Assembly (NCBI GenBank): GCA_045531055.1
Contig: JAZSDG010000031.1
Coordinates: 11,282-75,281, forward strand
Direction: 5' to 3'
DNA: 64,000 nucleotides
From: Lachnospiraceae bacterium
Lineage (GTDB): Bacteria; Bacillota; Clostridia; Lachnospirales; Lachnospiraceae
Shown in pieces: positions 1 to 10,672 of the stretch (position 1 is the first letter of the stretch; each line of letters opens with the position of its first letter). Below the pieces are notes generated by a model, which saw nothing but the letters and a program-made list of their open reading frames with translations, was not told the origin of the DNA and made no database searches. The position numbers were made by a program, and so were the translations under genes.

Positions 1-1696
1 CTGTTACAAATTTGCCATTTTTATCTACATAATACCATTCTTCTCTAATCTCATGCCATCCCATTGGCAAAGTTGCTCTGACACCATTCTTATCTATATA
101 ATAATCAACATCTATCACTACGTCATTTATCATAATGCCTACTAAGAAGAAATAGTTCTGTCCATTGATTATCTTATTACCTGTATGGAAAAATTCACCA
201 TTTTCATCTATGTACATCCACCATTCGTCATATGGTACCCATTTATTTTTTTCGGTTACCTGCCCTTTCCACGAACCATCTTCATCAAAATGATGTAATT
301 CAAATTTTCCTGTCTGGTAATTATAAATCTCTTGCATACCAGTAACCATATTTCCACTGTCAGTAAAATAATACCACTTATTACCGATCATCAACCATTC
401 ATCAGAAGCCAATACGCCGTCAGATTTTCCATAAATCCAATTGCCATCGTATTGATACCACCCAATTACTTTTTTACCATTTTTATCCAGATAATAACTC
501 TTATCATTAACTTCAACAACCGTCTGATACTGCATGATACTATTCGAAACATAATAGGTATTGTCAACCCAACCGGTATACTCTACCCCTTTTTTCTTAA
601 AATAATACCAGAGACCATCTACCTGTTTCCAACCGGAAAACGCACCTAATTCAGCAATTAACATTCCATTATCCGCAAAACGATATAATTTATCATTTAT
701 CCAATGATATCCTGTAATCATCACTCCACAAGAATCCATAGCATACGTTGCATCGCTTATTAACCAAGTATCCAAGGCTAACTTTCCATCTTCGAATGCA
801 TAATACCACTCAGAGCCATACTGTATCCATCTATTTTTTATAATTGCACCATTGGAATCTGTGATATAACACGTAAAACCTGCATTCACATAGCCTGTTT
901 CCATGGTTGCTTCCTTCGAAAAATAATAGCTAACGCCTCCTATTGTTAACTGCTCATCCTGAGCAAGAACACCCTTTGATTTGAAATAATACCACTCGTT
1001 ATTTTGCTGATACCATCCGGTTTTGTTATCGATAATTACACCATCGGATGTTGTCAACACATATATCATTTTATAACTAGAAGCATCACGCATACTGACA
1101 AAACCTACCTGCATTGCCGCTTCTTTAAAAATGTATTTATAACCACCTATGGTATAAATGCCCTCGACATATAAGTTTCCGTCAGTTCCAACATAGTGCC
1201 AATCCGTTCCTATTTGATGCCACCCCGGCGACGTAATGATTGCGCCACTGGTATTCGCCAATAAATATTCATATTCCTGATTATCCCAATCATAAATTTC
1301 TATTAATCCGGTCTGCATGGTTCCATCTGATTCAAAATAATAGTAATGACCATTTATAGTATAAATTCCATCCGTTAATAAAAACCCATCCGCCGCATAA
1401 TACCAGCCAGTACCTGCTCCAAAGACTATCGTGTCATCCACATAGTAATACCATCCATCTGTAATAATTACACCATTTTCATCTACAAGTACCTTCTTAG
1501 TCTCACCGTCTACCGTCACTGTATTCACACCCGGCGACAGATTCTCAAATGTTGTCTCTACACCTTCAACCTCCCCAAAGACGTCTTGTGCAGCCATTGT
1601 CTGTGTCTCATCAGACACTTCCGTTGCAAACACTTGCGTTGTCATAAATAAAGTTAACCCTATCATGCCAACAAACATAGCCAATCCTTTTTTCAT
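1..1696 (-). CDS. Secreted cell-wall-binding-repeat surface protein (partial, runs off window start; absent from ORF track)
   Basis: ATG at 1696 with GGAGGT RBS; manual translation MKKGLAMFVGMIGLTLFMTTQVFA (signal peptide) followed by many GW..I.G.WYYF...G.M.TG repeats; frame open to the window edge. Confidence 0.85.
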   Translation of the reverse strand, partial: MKKGLAMFVGMIGLTLFMTTQVFATEVSDETQTMAAQDVFGEVEGVETTFENLSPGVNTVTVDGETKKVLVDENGVIITDGWYYYVDDTIVFGAGTGWYYAADGFLLTDGIYTINGHYYYFESDGTMQTGLIEIYDWDNQEYEYLLANTSGAIITSPGWHQIGTDWHYVGTDGNLYVEGIYTIGGYKYIFKEAAMQVGFVSMRDASSYKMIYVLTTSDGVIIDNKTGWYQQNNEWYYFKSKGVLAQDEQLTIGGVSYYFSKEATMETGYVNAGFTCYITDSNGAIIKNRWIQYGSEWYYAFEDGKLALDTWLISDATYAMDSCGVMITGYHWINDKLYRFADNGMLIAELGAFSGWKQVDGLWYYFKKKGVEYTGWVDNTYYVSNSIMQYQTVVEVNDKSYYLDKNGKKVIGWYQYDGNWIYGKSDGVLASDEWLMIGNKWYYFTDSGNMVTGMQEIYNYQTGKFELHHFDEDGSWKGQVTEKNKWVPYDEWWMYIDENGEFFHTGNKIINGQNYFFLVGIMINDVVIDVDYYIDKNGVRATLPMGWHEIREEWYYVDKNGKFVT

Positions 1697-1726
1697 AGTT
1701 TACCTCCCTTTCGAATTTTAAATTAA

Positions 1727-1755
1727 ATTATACCTATTTGTTCGTTAACAATCAA
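1727..1755 (-). promoter_or_regulatory. Sigma-A-type promoter of surface protein gene
   Basis: TTGATT-17bp-TATAAT on minus strand. Confidence 0.65.
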
Positions 1756-1802
1756 TAACATTTCACATTAAGATTTGATTAATCGTATACCCCAAACAAT
1801 AT

Positions 1803-1831
1803 AAGAGGTTGCTGCCATGCAACAACCTCTT
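1803..1831 (-). terminator. Terminator hairpin after transketolase operon
   Basis: AAGAGGTTG...CAACCTCTT inverted repeat just past the stop codon. Confidence 0.65.
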
Positions 1832-1850
1832 AACAACCTTTTATATTGTA

Positions 1851-2792
1851 TTATTTCATTTCTTCTTTAATCCGTTCAGCAATGCCGGTTGCATCTAATT
1901 TGTATTTTGCAAGTAATTCTTTTGCCGGACCGGACTCTCCAAACACATCATTAACTCCGATACGAGTAACTTTCGTTGGGTGCTGTTCGCTTAACACCTC
2001 ACATACTGCCGCTCCTAAACCACCTACAATAGAATGCTCTTCTACCGTAAAGATTCTTCCGGTCTTCTTTGCGGCGTTTATGACAATTTCTTCATCCAAC
2101 GGCTTGATGGTATGAATATTAATCACTTGTGCATCTATGCCACATTCTTCTAACATTTTTGCAGCCTCTAACGATTCCGAAACGCAAAGACCGGTTGCAA
2201 TAATCGTACAATCCTTGCCATCCTTTAACAAAACACCTTTGCCTAATTCAAATTTGTAATCATTCTCATCATTGATTACCGGAACTGCCAGTCTTCCAAA
2301 GCGAAGATATACCGGACCAACATATTCATAAGCAGCCTTCACTGCAGCTCTTGCTTCTACATCATCACAAGGATTGATAACTACCATTCCCGGAATTGCA
2401 CGCATCAATGCAATATCCTCATTACACTGGTGAGTTGCGCCATCTTCACCGACAGAAATACCTGCATGTGTTGCACCTATCTTAACATTCAAATGCGGAT
2501 ATGCAATAGAATTACGAACTTGCTCAAACGCCCGTCCTGCTGCAAACATTGCAAAGGTACTCATAAATGGTACATATCCACAAGTAGACATACCGGCTGC
2601 AATTCCAGCCATATTTGCCTCTGCAATACCGCAGTCAATGTGTCTGTCCGAAAATGCTTTCTTAAAAACTCCTGTCTTAGTTGCCGCCGCAAGGTCTGCA
2701 TCTAAAACAACTAAATTATCCTGTTCTTTACCAATTTCAACTAAAGCATTGCCGTAGCTATCTCTTGTTGCAATTTTCTTTACTTCTGACAC
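1851..2792 (-). CDS. Transketolase C-terminal subunit
   Basis: GIAEANM, GEDGATHQ, TVEEH motifs. Confidence 0.93.
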   Translation of the reverse strand: MSEVKKIATRDSYGNALVEIGKEQDNLVVLDADLAAATKTGVFKKAFSDRHIDCGIAEANMAGIAAGMSTCGYVPFMSTFAMFAAGRAFEQVRNSIAYPHLNVKIGATHAGISVGEDGATHQCNEDIALMRAIPGMVVINPCDDVEARAAVKAAYEYVGPVYLRFGRLAVPVINDENDYKFELGKGVLLKDGKDCTIIATGLCVSESLEAAKMLEECGIDAQVINIHTIKPLDEEIVINAAKKTGRIFTVEEHSIVGGLGAAVCEVLSEQHPTKVTRIGVNDVFGESGPAKELLAKYKLDATGIAERIKEEMK

Positions 2793-3616
2793 AATGCTTC
2801 ACCTGCCTTTCCAAGTTCTTCCATGGCAATTTCAAACTCTTCATCATTTGGCGCTTTTCCATGCCATCCAGCCTGATTCTCCATAAAGGACACACCTTTT
2901 CCTTTTACGGTGTGTGCAATAATTGCTGTCGGCATGCCTTTGGTTGCTTTCGCCTCCGCAAAAGCTGCCCCAATCTCATCAAAATTATTGCCATCGATAT
3001 TTATTACATGGAACTGAAAACTTTCGAATTTCTTATCTATCGGGTATGGAGAACACACTTCATCAATTGCACCATCGATTTGTAAGTTATTGTTATCAAC
3101 GATTACGCACAAATTATCCAGTTTACGGTCTCCGGCAAACATTGCAGCTTCCCAAATCTGACCTTCTTGAATCTCTCCGTCACCGCATAATGCATATACT
3201 CGATAATCTTTCTGCTGCATCTTTGCTGCAAGTGCCATTCCTACCGCAGTTGAAAGACCTTGTCCTAAAGAACCGGATGACATATCTACGCCCGGAATAT
3301 GTTTCATATCCGGATGTCCCTGTAAATAAGAGCCGGTATGACGCAATGTCAAAAGATCTTCCTCCGGGAAAAAGCCACGAAGCGCCAATGCCGAATACAA
3401 ACCAGGTGCGGTATGTCCTTTGGATAATACAAAACGATCCCTGTTCTCATCCTTCGGATTCTTCGGATCAATATTCATCTCTTCAAAGTATAAATAGGTA
3501 AAAATGTCTGCTGCAGACAATGAGCCGCCCGGATGTCCTGCCTTTGCACTATGCACGGAAGAGACAATCCCTTTGCGAACTTCTACTGCTTTCTTTTGAA
3601 GTTCTAACTTATTCAT
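2780..3616 (-). CDS. Transketolase N-terminal subunit
   Basis: GHPGGSLS, LSKGH, GSLGQG, GDGE TPP motif; start set at MNKLE with AAGGAG RBS. Confidence 0.93.
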   Translation of the reverse strand: MNKLELQKKAVEVRKGIVSSVHSAKAGHPGGSLSAADIFTYLYFEEMNIDPKNPKDENRDRFVLSKGHTAPGLYSALALRGFFPEEDLLTLRHTGSYLQGHPDMKHIPGVDMSSGSLGQGLSTAVGMALAAKMQQKDYRVYALCGDGEIQEGQIWEAAMFAGDRKLDNLCVIVDNNNLQIDGAIDEVCSPYPIDKKFESFQFHVINIDGNNFDEIGAAFAEAKATKGMPTAIIAHTVKGKGVSFMENQAGWHGKAPNDEEFEIAMEELGKAGEALCQK

Positions 3617-3682
3617 GTTGTTCTCCTTTTTGGTAATCATTCAATATCCTACATGCTAATATAGCTTGATTTTTCAAAAAAA

Positions 3683-4708
3683 TCAACATTCAAATGTATA
3701 TTCTATTTGAATCTCATTTCCATCTACAGACACATTTGCAGTACAACCACATATGATTGGCATCATCGGTGGTAAATGTCCAATATCCACATCCATAACA
3801 ATTGGAACATGGTACTCAGACAACAAATCTGTCACCGCGCGATACTGGTCTATCCCAAACATATCTGTCCCATGACAAAGAGGTCTTCCAATTAGAAATC
3901 CTTTCACATGCGAAAACCAACCGGCATGTTTCATCTGCCAGATTGCGCGACGTATCGCCATAATGTTTAATTCACAGGACTCTAAAAACCAGATAACACC
4001 ATCTTCTTGATATCTGTTAAGAAATTCTTTGACATGGTCGTATTCTGTCCCCAATAAAATCACCAGACAATCCATACATCCGCCCAATAATCTACCAGTC
4101 ATTTGAACCTTACGCTCCGGAAATGATTTGATTTGCAATGGTTCTGTTACATGGTATGGGACAAGCGGATGTTCCTCGTCTTTGATTCCTTCTTTTTCCC
4201 ATTTTTCGTATCCATGAACTGTTTTTCTTTTCCCACACAACAAATCAAACGCATCGCGAATGGAATCATGCCATGGCTCCATTCCAAATGCTGCTGCACA
4301 TGGCCCATAGATAGCCGCAGTATCACAAATTGTTGCCAACAAAAATGTAAAATTGGTATTATCGGAATATCCCATATACCACTTCGGTTTCGCTTTGCGG
4401 ATACGCTCAAAATCCATATACGGAATCACTTCGCACATCAACTCGCCGCCACCACAAGAAATCAAAACATCGCTATCGTTTTCGCAATAAGCCTCATTCA
4501 ATTCTTCGCCACACAACTTTGGGGTATTACTAATTCCTATTCCTCGATTCTCGTAGCAATTCGGTCCAAGTTTCGTTTGATACCCCATCTTTTTCCATTT
4601 GGAAAGCGCATGATGAAACGCACTACGATACGGTTCGATTGCACATCCAAATGAAGGTGCAACAAATCCAATTGTTCCATTTTCTTTTAAAAAATCCGGA
4701 TATCTCAT
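3683..4708 (-). CDS. Peptidase S66 / LD-carboxypeptidase (MccF-like)
   Basis: GYSDNT nucleophile motif, FLE, IGH; start at MRYPDF with RBS. Confidence 0.85.
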   Translation of the reverse strand: MRYPDFLKENGTIGFVAPSFGCAIEPYRSAFHHALSKWKKMGYQTKLGPNCYENRGIGISNTPKLCGEELNEAYCENDSDVLISCGGGELMCEVIPYMDFERIRKAKPKWYMGYSDNTNFTFLLATICDTAAIYGPCAAAFGMEPWHDSIRDAFDLLCGKRKTVHGYEKWEKEGIKDEEHPLVPYHVTEPLQIKSFPERKVQMTGRLLGGCMDCLVILLGTEYDHVKEFLNRYQEDGVIWFLESCELNIMAIRRAIWQMKHAGWFSHVKGFLIGRPLCHGTDMFGIDQYRAVTDLLSEYHVPIVMDVDIGHLPPMMPIICGCTANVSVDGNEIQIEYTFEC

Positions 4709-4751
4709 TCTATATTCGTCTCCTTTAAAAATGTTCTGATTTCGTAAAAAA

Positions 4752-4783
4752 CTGCCGCAAAACCTTCTCTGGTTATGCGGCAG
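4752..4783 (-). terminator. Intrinsic terminator
   Basis: CTGCCGCA...TGCGGCAG stem followed by T run on minus strand. Confidence 0.65.
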
Positions 4784-4788
4784 AAACA

Positions 4789-5082
4789 TTACACGGTTCC
4801 AAAGCCAAACTGATACTTTCTCTTCTGGCGGAAGTAGTTCATATAAGAACAGGCATTCTTCCAAAGCGAAAAATCCTTATGATAATTAAATCCCGTATCA
4901 TAAGAGATTCCCTGACGATTACACCAATTGTAAATATCCGTCAAAGCAAGCCTCTTAACAGTACGAATATTATTCATAAAAATCTCAATCTTGGACATCT
5001 CCGTCTCGTCATTCACATATAAATAAAAAATGGTATTTGGACATTCAATCATAATCTGTCTGCTTTGAGAATTCTTCTGCAT
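4789..5082 (-). CDS. Hypothetical protein
   Basis: 97 aa ORF with GGAGG RBS and its own terminator. Confidence 0.65.
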   Translation of the reverse strand: MQKNSQSRQIMIECPNTIFYLYVNDETEMSKIEIFMNNIRTVKRLALTDIYNWCNRQGISYDTGFNYHKDFSLWKNACSYMNYFRQKRKYQFGFGTV

Positions 5083-5159
5083 AAAAGCCCCTCCCATTCG
5101 TTTGCATATTTCCATGGTACTATATTTAATCCGAAAAAACCACCACTAATTCTAGGGTT

Positions 5160-6068
5160 TTACACACCTTTTAAATCAAAATCTGGTATAAAATTATCAG
5201 ACGCCACATCTCCTTCTTGAACAAATCCTTGTTCAACGCCAAGGTCAATTGCATAATCCACTAATGCATCATATTCCTTTTTGTTCACTACACGATTTAG
5301 CTCAGGATATTGAGTAACATGAGGAAGCGGAGTGTATTGACTCATCAAACTAAAGTATATCTGATTCCCATACGTCTCATACAAATATCGCAATATATTT
5401 TTGGCATCTTTCAAAAGCCCCGGCAACAAAAGTTGTCGCACCAGAACGCCTTTTGTCATTAATGCGCCATCCGCAGTAAATCGAGGAAGCGGTTGTTGTC
5501 GTACCATTTCTTCAATAGCAGCTTTTGCAACCGAAGGATAATCCTTTGCATGTGAATATTTTTGGGCATGTTCCGGATTCATGTATTTAAAATCCGGCAA
5601 ATATATATCAACAATTCCTTCTAATTGCTTTAAGGTATCTACTTTTTCATAACTGCTTGTATTATATACAATGGGAAGATGTAACCCTTCCCTTTTTGCC
5701 AATTCAACAGCAGCTATAATGTGAGGTACATAATGTCCCGGAGTTACTAAATTAATATTCGTTGCACTTTTTTCTTGTAATTCGAGAAAAATCTCTGCCA
5801 GTCGCTCTGTGGACACATCTTTTCCGACACTTCCGTTTGCAATTTTATAATTCTGGCAAAAAACACAATGCAACGAACAACCGCTAAAAAAGACTGTTCC
5901 TGAGCCATTCTCTCCCGATATACAAGGTTCTTCCCCAAAATGCAAATCCGCCCGTGCAAGACGTACGGTTGCACCGACTCCACATATTCCTACTCTTCCA
6001 CTTTCTCTGTCCGCATTACAATTCCGTGGACATAAATTACAATTTTTATACTGGTAATGATTTTTCAT
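5160..6068 (-). CDS. Radical SAM protein, PflX-like
   Basis: CNLCPRNC, GSGTVFFSGCSLHCVFCQN, DIYLPDFKY. Confidence 0.88.
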   Translation of the reverse strand: MKNHYQYKNCNLCPRNCNADRESGRVGICGVGATVRLARADLHFGEEPCISGENGSGTVFFSGCSLHCVFCQNYKIANGSVGKDVSTERLAEIFLELQEKSATNINLVTPGHYVPHIIAAVELAKREGLHLPIVYNTSSYEKVDTLKQLEGIVDIYLPDFKYMNPEHAQKYSHAKDYPSVAKAAIEEMVRQQPLPRFTADGALMTKGVLVRQLLLPGLLKDAKNILRYLYETYGNQIYFSLMSQYTPLPHVTQYPELNRVVNKKEYDALVDYAIDLGVEQGFVQEGDVASDNFIPDFDLKGV

Positions 6069-6142
6069 GTGATTCCTCTTGACGTAAGTCTTTTATAACG
6101 TCTAAAATATACTTAAATATGCTTATTACAAAGGAGTTTAAT

Positions 6143-7369
6143 ATGAGTCAATCAAATTGTATGGTCGCACAATCCGGTGGCCCAACTGTCGCTATCAATG
6201 CCAGTCTTGCCGGCGTCATTGCAGGCGTCTTTGCTTCCGAGAAATATGATACTTGCTACGGCGCTATCAACGGTGTACTTGGCATTTTAAATGAAAACTA
6301 TATCAATCTGACAGAAAAAATTGCTGATGATGAAACTCTTCAAAAGTTAACGATTACACCAGCGATGTATCTTGGTTCCTGTCGTCACAAACTTCCGAAT
6401 TACAAAGATGATGATTCCCCATATGTTTTCATCTTCCATCAATTTGCTAAATTAAATATCAAGGCCTTTTTCTACATTGGAGGCAATGATTCTATGGATA
6501 CGGTATTAAAGTTATCCGATTATGCGAAAAAAATCAACAGTGATATCCGCATTATTGGTATCCCAAAAACCATCGACAACGATTTGTGTATGACAGACCA
6601 TACTCCAGGCTTTGGTTCTGCTGCCAAATATGTTGCATCAACATTGCTTGAAATTGCGCATGACACTTTTATCTATCCGGTAAAAAGTGTCACTATCGTT
6701 GAAATCATGGGACGAGATGCCGGATGGCTAACTGCTGCAAGCGCACTTGCCCGCAACGAATACAATTTAGCTCCGCATTTTATCTATCTTCCGGAAGTGA
6801 ACTTTGACAAAGAACAATTTTTGAACGATATTCGCGGCGAATTGGAAAAGCGCGACAACGTCATTGTTGCCGTTTCCGAAGGAATTCATGATGCCGATGG
6901 AAATTACATTACATCATCCAAAGCCGTGGCAGACACTTTTGGTCACCAACAGTTAAGCGGTGCCGGAAAAGCATTAGAATTTATGGTAAAAGAAAATATT
7001 GGTGTTAAAGTTCGTTCTGTCGAAATCAACGTATTACAACGTTGTGCTGCACATATGGCATCCAAGACCGATATTGATGAATCCTTTGCTCAAGGGAAAA
7101 AAGGCGTTGCACTTTCCCTTGATGGTATCACTGCATCTATGGTTTGTCTGAAACGAACATCAAACCAACCTTATACCGTTGTTTATGATTACTCCCCAAT
7201 TTGCGAAATTGCAAATGAGGCACGTTCTATCCCTCGTGAATGGATTAATCAAGAAGGCAACAATATTATGCCGGAATTACTCGAATATTTGACTCCACTC
7301 ATCCAAGGTGAAGTTTTGGTTACGTATGAGAATGGAATTCCAAGTTATATGAATATTTCTCATCTTTAA
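6143..7369 (+). CDS. Phosphofructokinase, PPi-dependent type
   Basis: QSGGP, GGNDS, PKTIDND, EIMGR motifs. Confidence 0.88.
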   Translation: MSQSNCMVAQSGGPTVAINASLAGVIAGVFASEKYDTCYGAINGVLGILNENYINLTEKIADDETLQKLTITPAMYLGSCRHKLPNYKDDDSPYVFIFHQFAKLNIKAFFYIGGNDSMDTVLKLSDYAKKINSDIRIIGIPKTIDNDLCMTDHTPGFGSAAKYVASTLLEIAHDTFIYPVKSVTIVEIMGRDAGWLTAASALARNEYNLAPHFIYLPEVNFDKEQFLNDIRGELEKRDNVIVAVSEGIHDADGNYITSSKAVADTFGHQQLSGAGKALEFMVKENIGVKVRSVEINVLQRCAAHMASKTDIDESFAQGKKGVALSLDGITASMVCLKRTSNQPYTVVYDYSPICEIANEARSIPREWINQEGNNIMPELLEYLTPLIQGEVLVTYENGIPSYMNISHL

Positions 7370-7390
7370 CTCGTACAAATAGATTAAGAT

Positions 7391-8857
7391 TTGGAGGTGA
7401 GGCTTATTTTCAAGATATCCACTCTCAACCGTACAAAAAAAATACTCCTGCTTGTCGGAGGGGTTGTGTTGTTGTTGCTGATCGTTTATTTTGGCTTTGT
7501 TATTTATTTTCAAGGTCACTATCTGTTTCGTACAACAATCGGAGTCATCCCATGTGGTGGAAAAACCTCCCAATATGTGCAGTCATCCAATACACAGCTT
7601 GCACAAGATTATGTGCTTACCATTACAGATCGAAGCGGCAACCAATTTCAACTAAAAGGATGCGATTTTTCTTATTCCTACGAGCCTTCCGGTGAAGAAG
7701 ATCAAATCCTCAAAAACCAAAATGCCTTCGCTTGGCCGATTAGCATTTTTCAATCGAGTGAATATGAACTCTCCTCCTCCGCCGATTATAATCAAGATGT
7801 TCTTATGAGCAAGCTGGATGAACTTGAAATTTTTTCAAAGGACTACATGGTTGCTCCGGAAAATGCTTATATTATTTTTACAGAAGAAACTTATGAAGTT
7901 GTTCCGGAAGTAATGGGAACGACACCTATTTATGATGAAATTGTTGCAGAAATTACATATGCACTGGAAAGTCAGCAAAACGAGCTTACACTATCCGACC
8001 ATTGCTACAAAAATCCAAGCATCACTTCCGATTCTTCGGACTTGGTAACTGCCACCGAACGGTTAGATGCATACTTGAATGCTACCATTGATTATGCGAT
8101 AGAAGGTGTTGATGAACAGCTTACTTCCAAACAAATTCTTGCAATGCTATCCATTGACGAACAATTTGAAGTATCTATTGACGAAGAAGAACTGGCTCGA
8201 TATGTGCAATCTCTCGCCAGCAAATATAACACTTACGGGGATGTGCGCAATTTCAGCACCTCCAGTGGCGACATCGTGTTAATTGGCGGTGGTGATTACG
8301 GATGGGTAATTAATAAAGCCAAAGAAGCAGAACAGATTCTCCTTGATTTAGAAGGAGGAGAACCTGTGGAACGTGAACCGATTTATGAACAAACTGCTGT
8401 TTTAAGCGGTCCTGATGATATAGGCAATACCTATGTAGAAATTGATTACACCAAACAACATCTGTGGTTCTACAAAGAAGGAGAACTGATTACAGAAACT
8501 GATTTAGTCAGCGGAAATATTTCACGTAACAATGGTTCTCCGGACGGAGTATTTAAAATTGTATACAAAGAACGAAATGCAACTCTCGTTGGAGAAAATT
8601 ACTCGTCTGCAGTTGATTACTTTATGCCATTTGCCTACAATGTAGGAATACACGATGCGAGTTGGCGTAGTAATTTCGGAGGAACCATTTACAAATCCTC
8701 CGGTTCCCACGGATGTATCAATGTGCCACCTGCGATTGCCAAAACACTTTATGACAATATAGAAACCGGGACTCCGGTTGTTGCATATTACCGCGAACCG
8801 GTAATTCTAACCGCAGAGAATGCACGTATTTCCAACGCATACTCTTATGCAAAATAA
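7391..8857 (+). CDS. Membrane-anchored L,D-transpeptidase (PG-binding + YkuD); start uncertain
   Basis: N-terminal TM helix; GIHDASWR...GSHGCIN. Confidence 0.9.
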   Translation: MEVRLIFKISTLNRTKKILLLVGGVVLLLLIVYFGFVIYFQGHYLFRTTIGVIPCGGKTSQYVQSSNTQLAQDYVLTITDRSGNQFQLKGCDFSYSYEPSGEEDQILKNQNAFAWPISIFQSSEYELSSSADYNQDVLMSKLDELEIFSKDYMVAPENAYIIFTEETYEVVPEVMGTTPIYDEIVAEITYALESQQNELTLSDHCYKNPSITSDSSDLVTATERLDAYLNATIDYAIEGVDEQLTSKQILAMLSIDEQFEVSIDEEELARYVQSLASKYNTYGDVRNFSTSSGDIVLIGGGDYGWVINKAKEAEQILLDLEGGEPVEREPIYEQTAVLSGPDDIGNTYVEIDYTKQHLWFYKEGELITETDLVSGNISRNNGSPDGVFKIVYKERNATLVGENYSSAVDYFMPFAYNVGIHDASWRSNFGGTIYKSSGSHGCINVPPAIAKTLYDNIETGTPVVAYYREPVILTAENARISNAYSYAK

Positions 8858-8866
8858 TAATATATC

Positions 8867-8910
8867 AAAAGGCGACAGACTTATCGGAAAGAAAAAGTCT
8901 TTCGCCTTTT
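8867..8910. terminator. Bidirectional terminator
   Basis: AAAAGGCGA..AGACT / AGTCT..TCGCCTTTT between convergent genes. Confidence 0.6.
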
Positions 8911-8917
8911 TTATCTT

Positions 8918-10672
8918 TTATGATGAAAATTGGCTATTATATAAGTTCGCATAAAAACCGCCCTTTTTCAATAACACATCGTGATTTCCCTGTTCAATCA
9001 CTTTTCCATCTTTCATCACCAATATGACATCTGCTTCACGAATTGTAGAAAGCCTATGCGCAACAATAAAACTGGTGCGACCTTTCATCATGGTAAAAAA
9101 TGCTTTTTGAATTTGAATTTCTGTTCTCGTATCAATGGAAGAAGTTGCCTCATCTAAAATCAACATTGGTGGGAGACACAACATCACACGTGCAATACAA
9201 AGAAGCTGTTTCTGTCCTTGCGAAAGATTGCCTCCGTCTTCTGCAATCACGGTATCATATCCTTCCGGCAACCGTCGAATAAAGCTATGCGCATGCGAGG
9301 CTTTTGCCGCTGCAATCATTTCTTCCTCTGTCGCCTCCGGTTTTCCCATTGTGATATTATCGCGAATGGTTCCGCTCTTTAGCCAGGTTTCCTGCAAAAC
9401 CATACCATAATTTTCTCTAAGGCTTGCTCTTGTCATTTGTTTGATGTCGTGACCACTCACTGATATCGTCCCACTTGTCGTATCATAAAATCGCATTAAC
9501 AGATTAATCAATGTTGTCTTTCCGCATCCGGTTGGACCAACAATTGCAATTCTTTGTCCCGGTTGTACCTCTAAATTCAAATCTTCGATTAATTTCTGAT
9601 TTGGAACATAAGAAAAATATACCTGTTCCAATGTCACTCTTCCATCTGCATTTTCCAATACATGCGCATCTTTGGCATCCGGTATTTCAGATGTTTCCTC
9701 GATGAATTCAAAAATACGAGCAGCGCACGCGAGCGCATTTTGCAATTCCGTAATAACACCGGAAATTTCATTAAATGGCTTAGTATACTGGTTTGCATAG
9801 GTAAGGAAACAAGATAACTGTCCAACAGAAATCCCTCCTTTTCCTATCGCAGAAAGCGCTCCCACAATTCCAACACCCGCATAAACCAAACTATTGACAA
9901 AACGCGTAGATGGATTGGTCAGACTGGAGAAAAATATCGCACGTAACGAGCATTTCTGAAGCCTGTCATTGATTTCATCAAATTTTTCCAAAGCTTCCTC
10001 TTCATGACGAAACGCCTGCACTACCTTCTGATTTCCAATCATTTCTTCCACAAGTGCAGTTTGTTCGCCTCTTGTTTTTGATTGTAATTGGAACATCGTG
10101 TATGTTTTCTTTGCAATAAAGCTGGCAACAAATAATGACACCGGCGTAATAATTACAACAACTAATGTAATTTTCAAATCAATGGTTAACATAAAAATCA
10201 ATGTTCCAACAATAGTAGCAAAACCCGAAAACAACTGCGTAAATCCCATTAACAAACCATCTGCAAATGTATCCACATCTGCGATAATACGACTCACTAT
10301 ATCACCATGCGAATGGCTATCGATATAACTAAGTGGCAAATGCTCTATTTTATGGAATGCATCCGTTCGAATATCACGTACCATATGATATGTCATACGG
10401 TTATTACAAACATTCATCAACCATTGCGCAAAAGCTGTAATTGCGATAACCACAACACCTTGCCCCAAGATATCAGACATTGCGGCAAAGTCAACACGTC
10501 CCTCTTCTGCAATAAGGTCAATAGCTTTTCCGGTAAGTATTGGAAAATACAATGTCAAAGCTACGGTTAAAGCCGCCAGGCAGATAGAGAAAATCAAAAG
10601 AGGAATATATCGTCTCATATAGCGAAACACTTTGCCAAGTGTTGCAAGCTGTGAATGATTCTTATTTTTCAT
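8918..10672 (-). CDS. Heterodimeric ABC exporter subunit (consensus Walker B and switch His)
   Basis: TMD + GPTGCGKT, LSQGQ, LDEATS, AHRL. Confidence 0.92.
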   Translation of the reverse strand: MKNKNHSQLATLGKVFRYMRRYIPLLIFSICLAALTVALTLYFPILTGKAIDLIAEEGRVDFAAMSDILGQGVVVIAITAFAQWLMNVCNNRMTYHMVRDIRTDAFHKIEHLPLSYIDSHSHGDIVSRIIADVDTFADGLLMGFTQLFSGFATIVGTLIFMLTIDLKITLVVVIITPVSLFVASFIAKKTYTMFQLQSKTRGEQTALVEEMIGNQKVVQAFRHEEEALEKFDEINDRLQKCSLRAIFFSSLTNPSTRFVNSLVYAGVGIVGALSAIGKGGISVGQLSCFLTYANQYTKPFNEISGVITELQNALACAARIFEFIEETSEIPDAKDAHVLENADGRVTLEQVYFSYVPNQKLIEDLNLEVQPGQRIAIVGPTGCGKTTLINLLMRFYDTTSGTISVSGHDIKQMTRASLRENYGMVLQETWLKSGTIRDNITMGKPEATEEEMIAAAKASHAHSFIRRLPEGYDTVIAEDGGNLSQGQKQLLCIARVMLCLPPMLILDEATSSIDTRTEIQIQKAFFTMMKGRTSFIVAHRLSTIREADVILVMKDGKVIEQGNHDVLLKKGGFYANLYNSQFSS

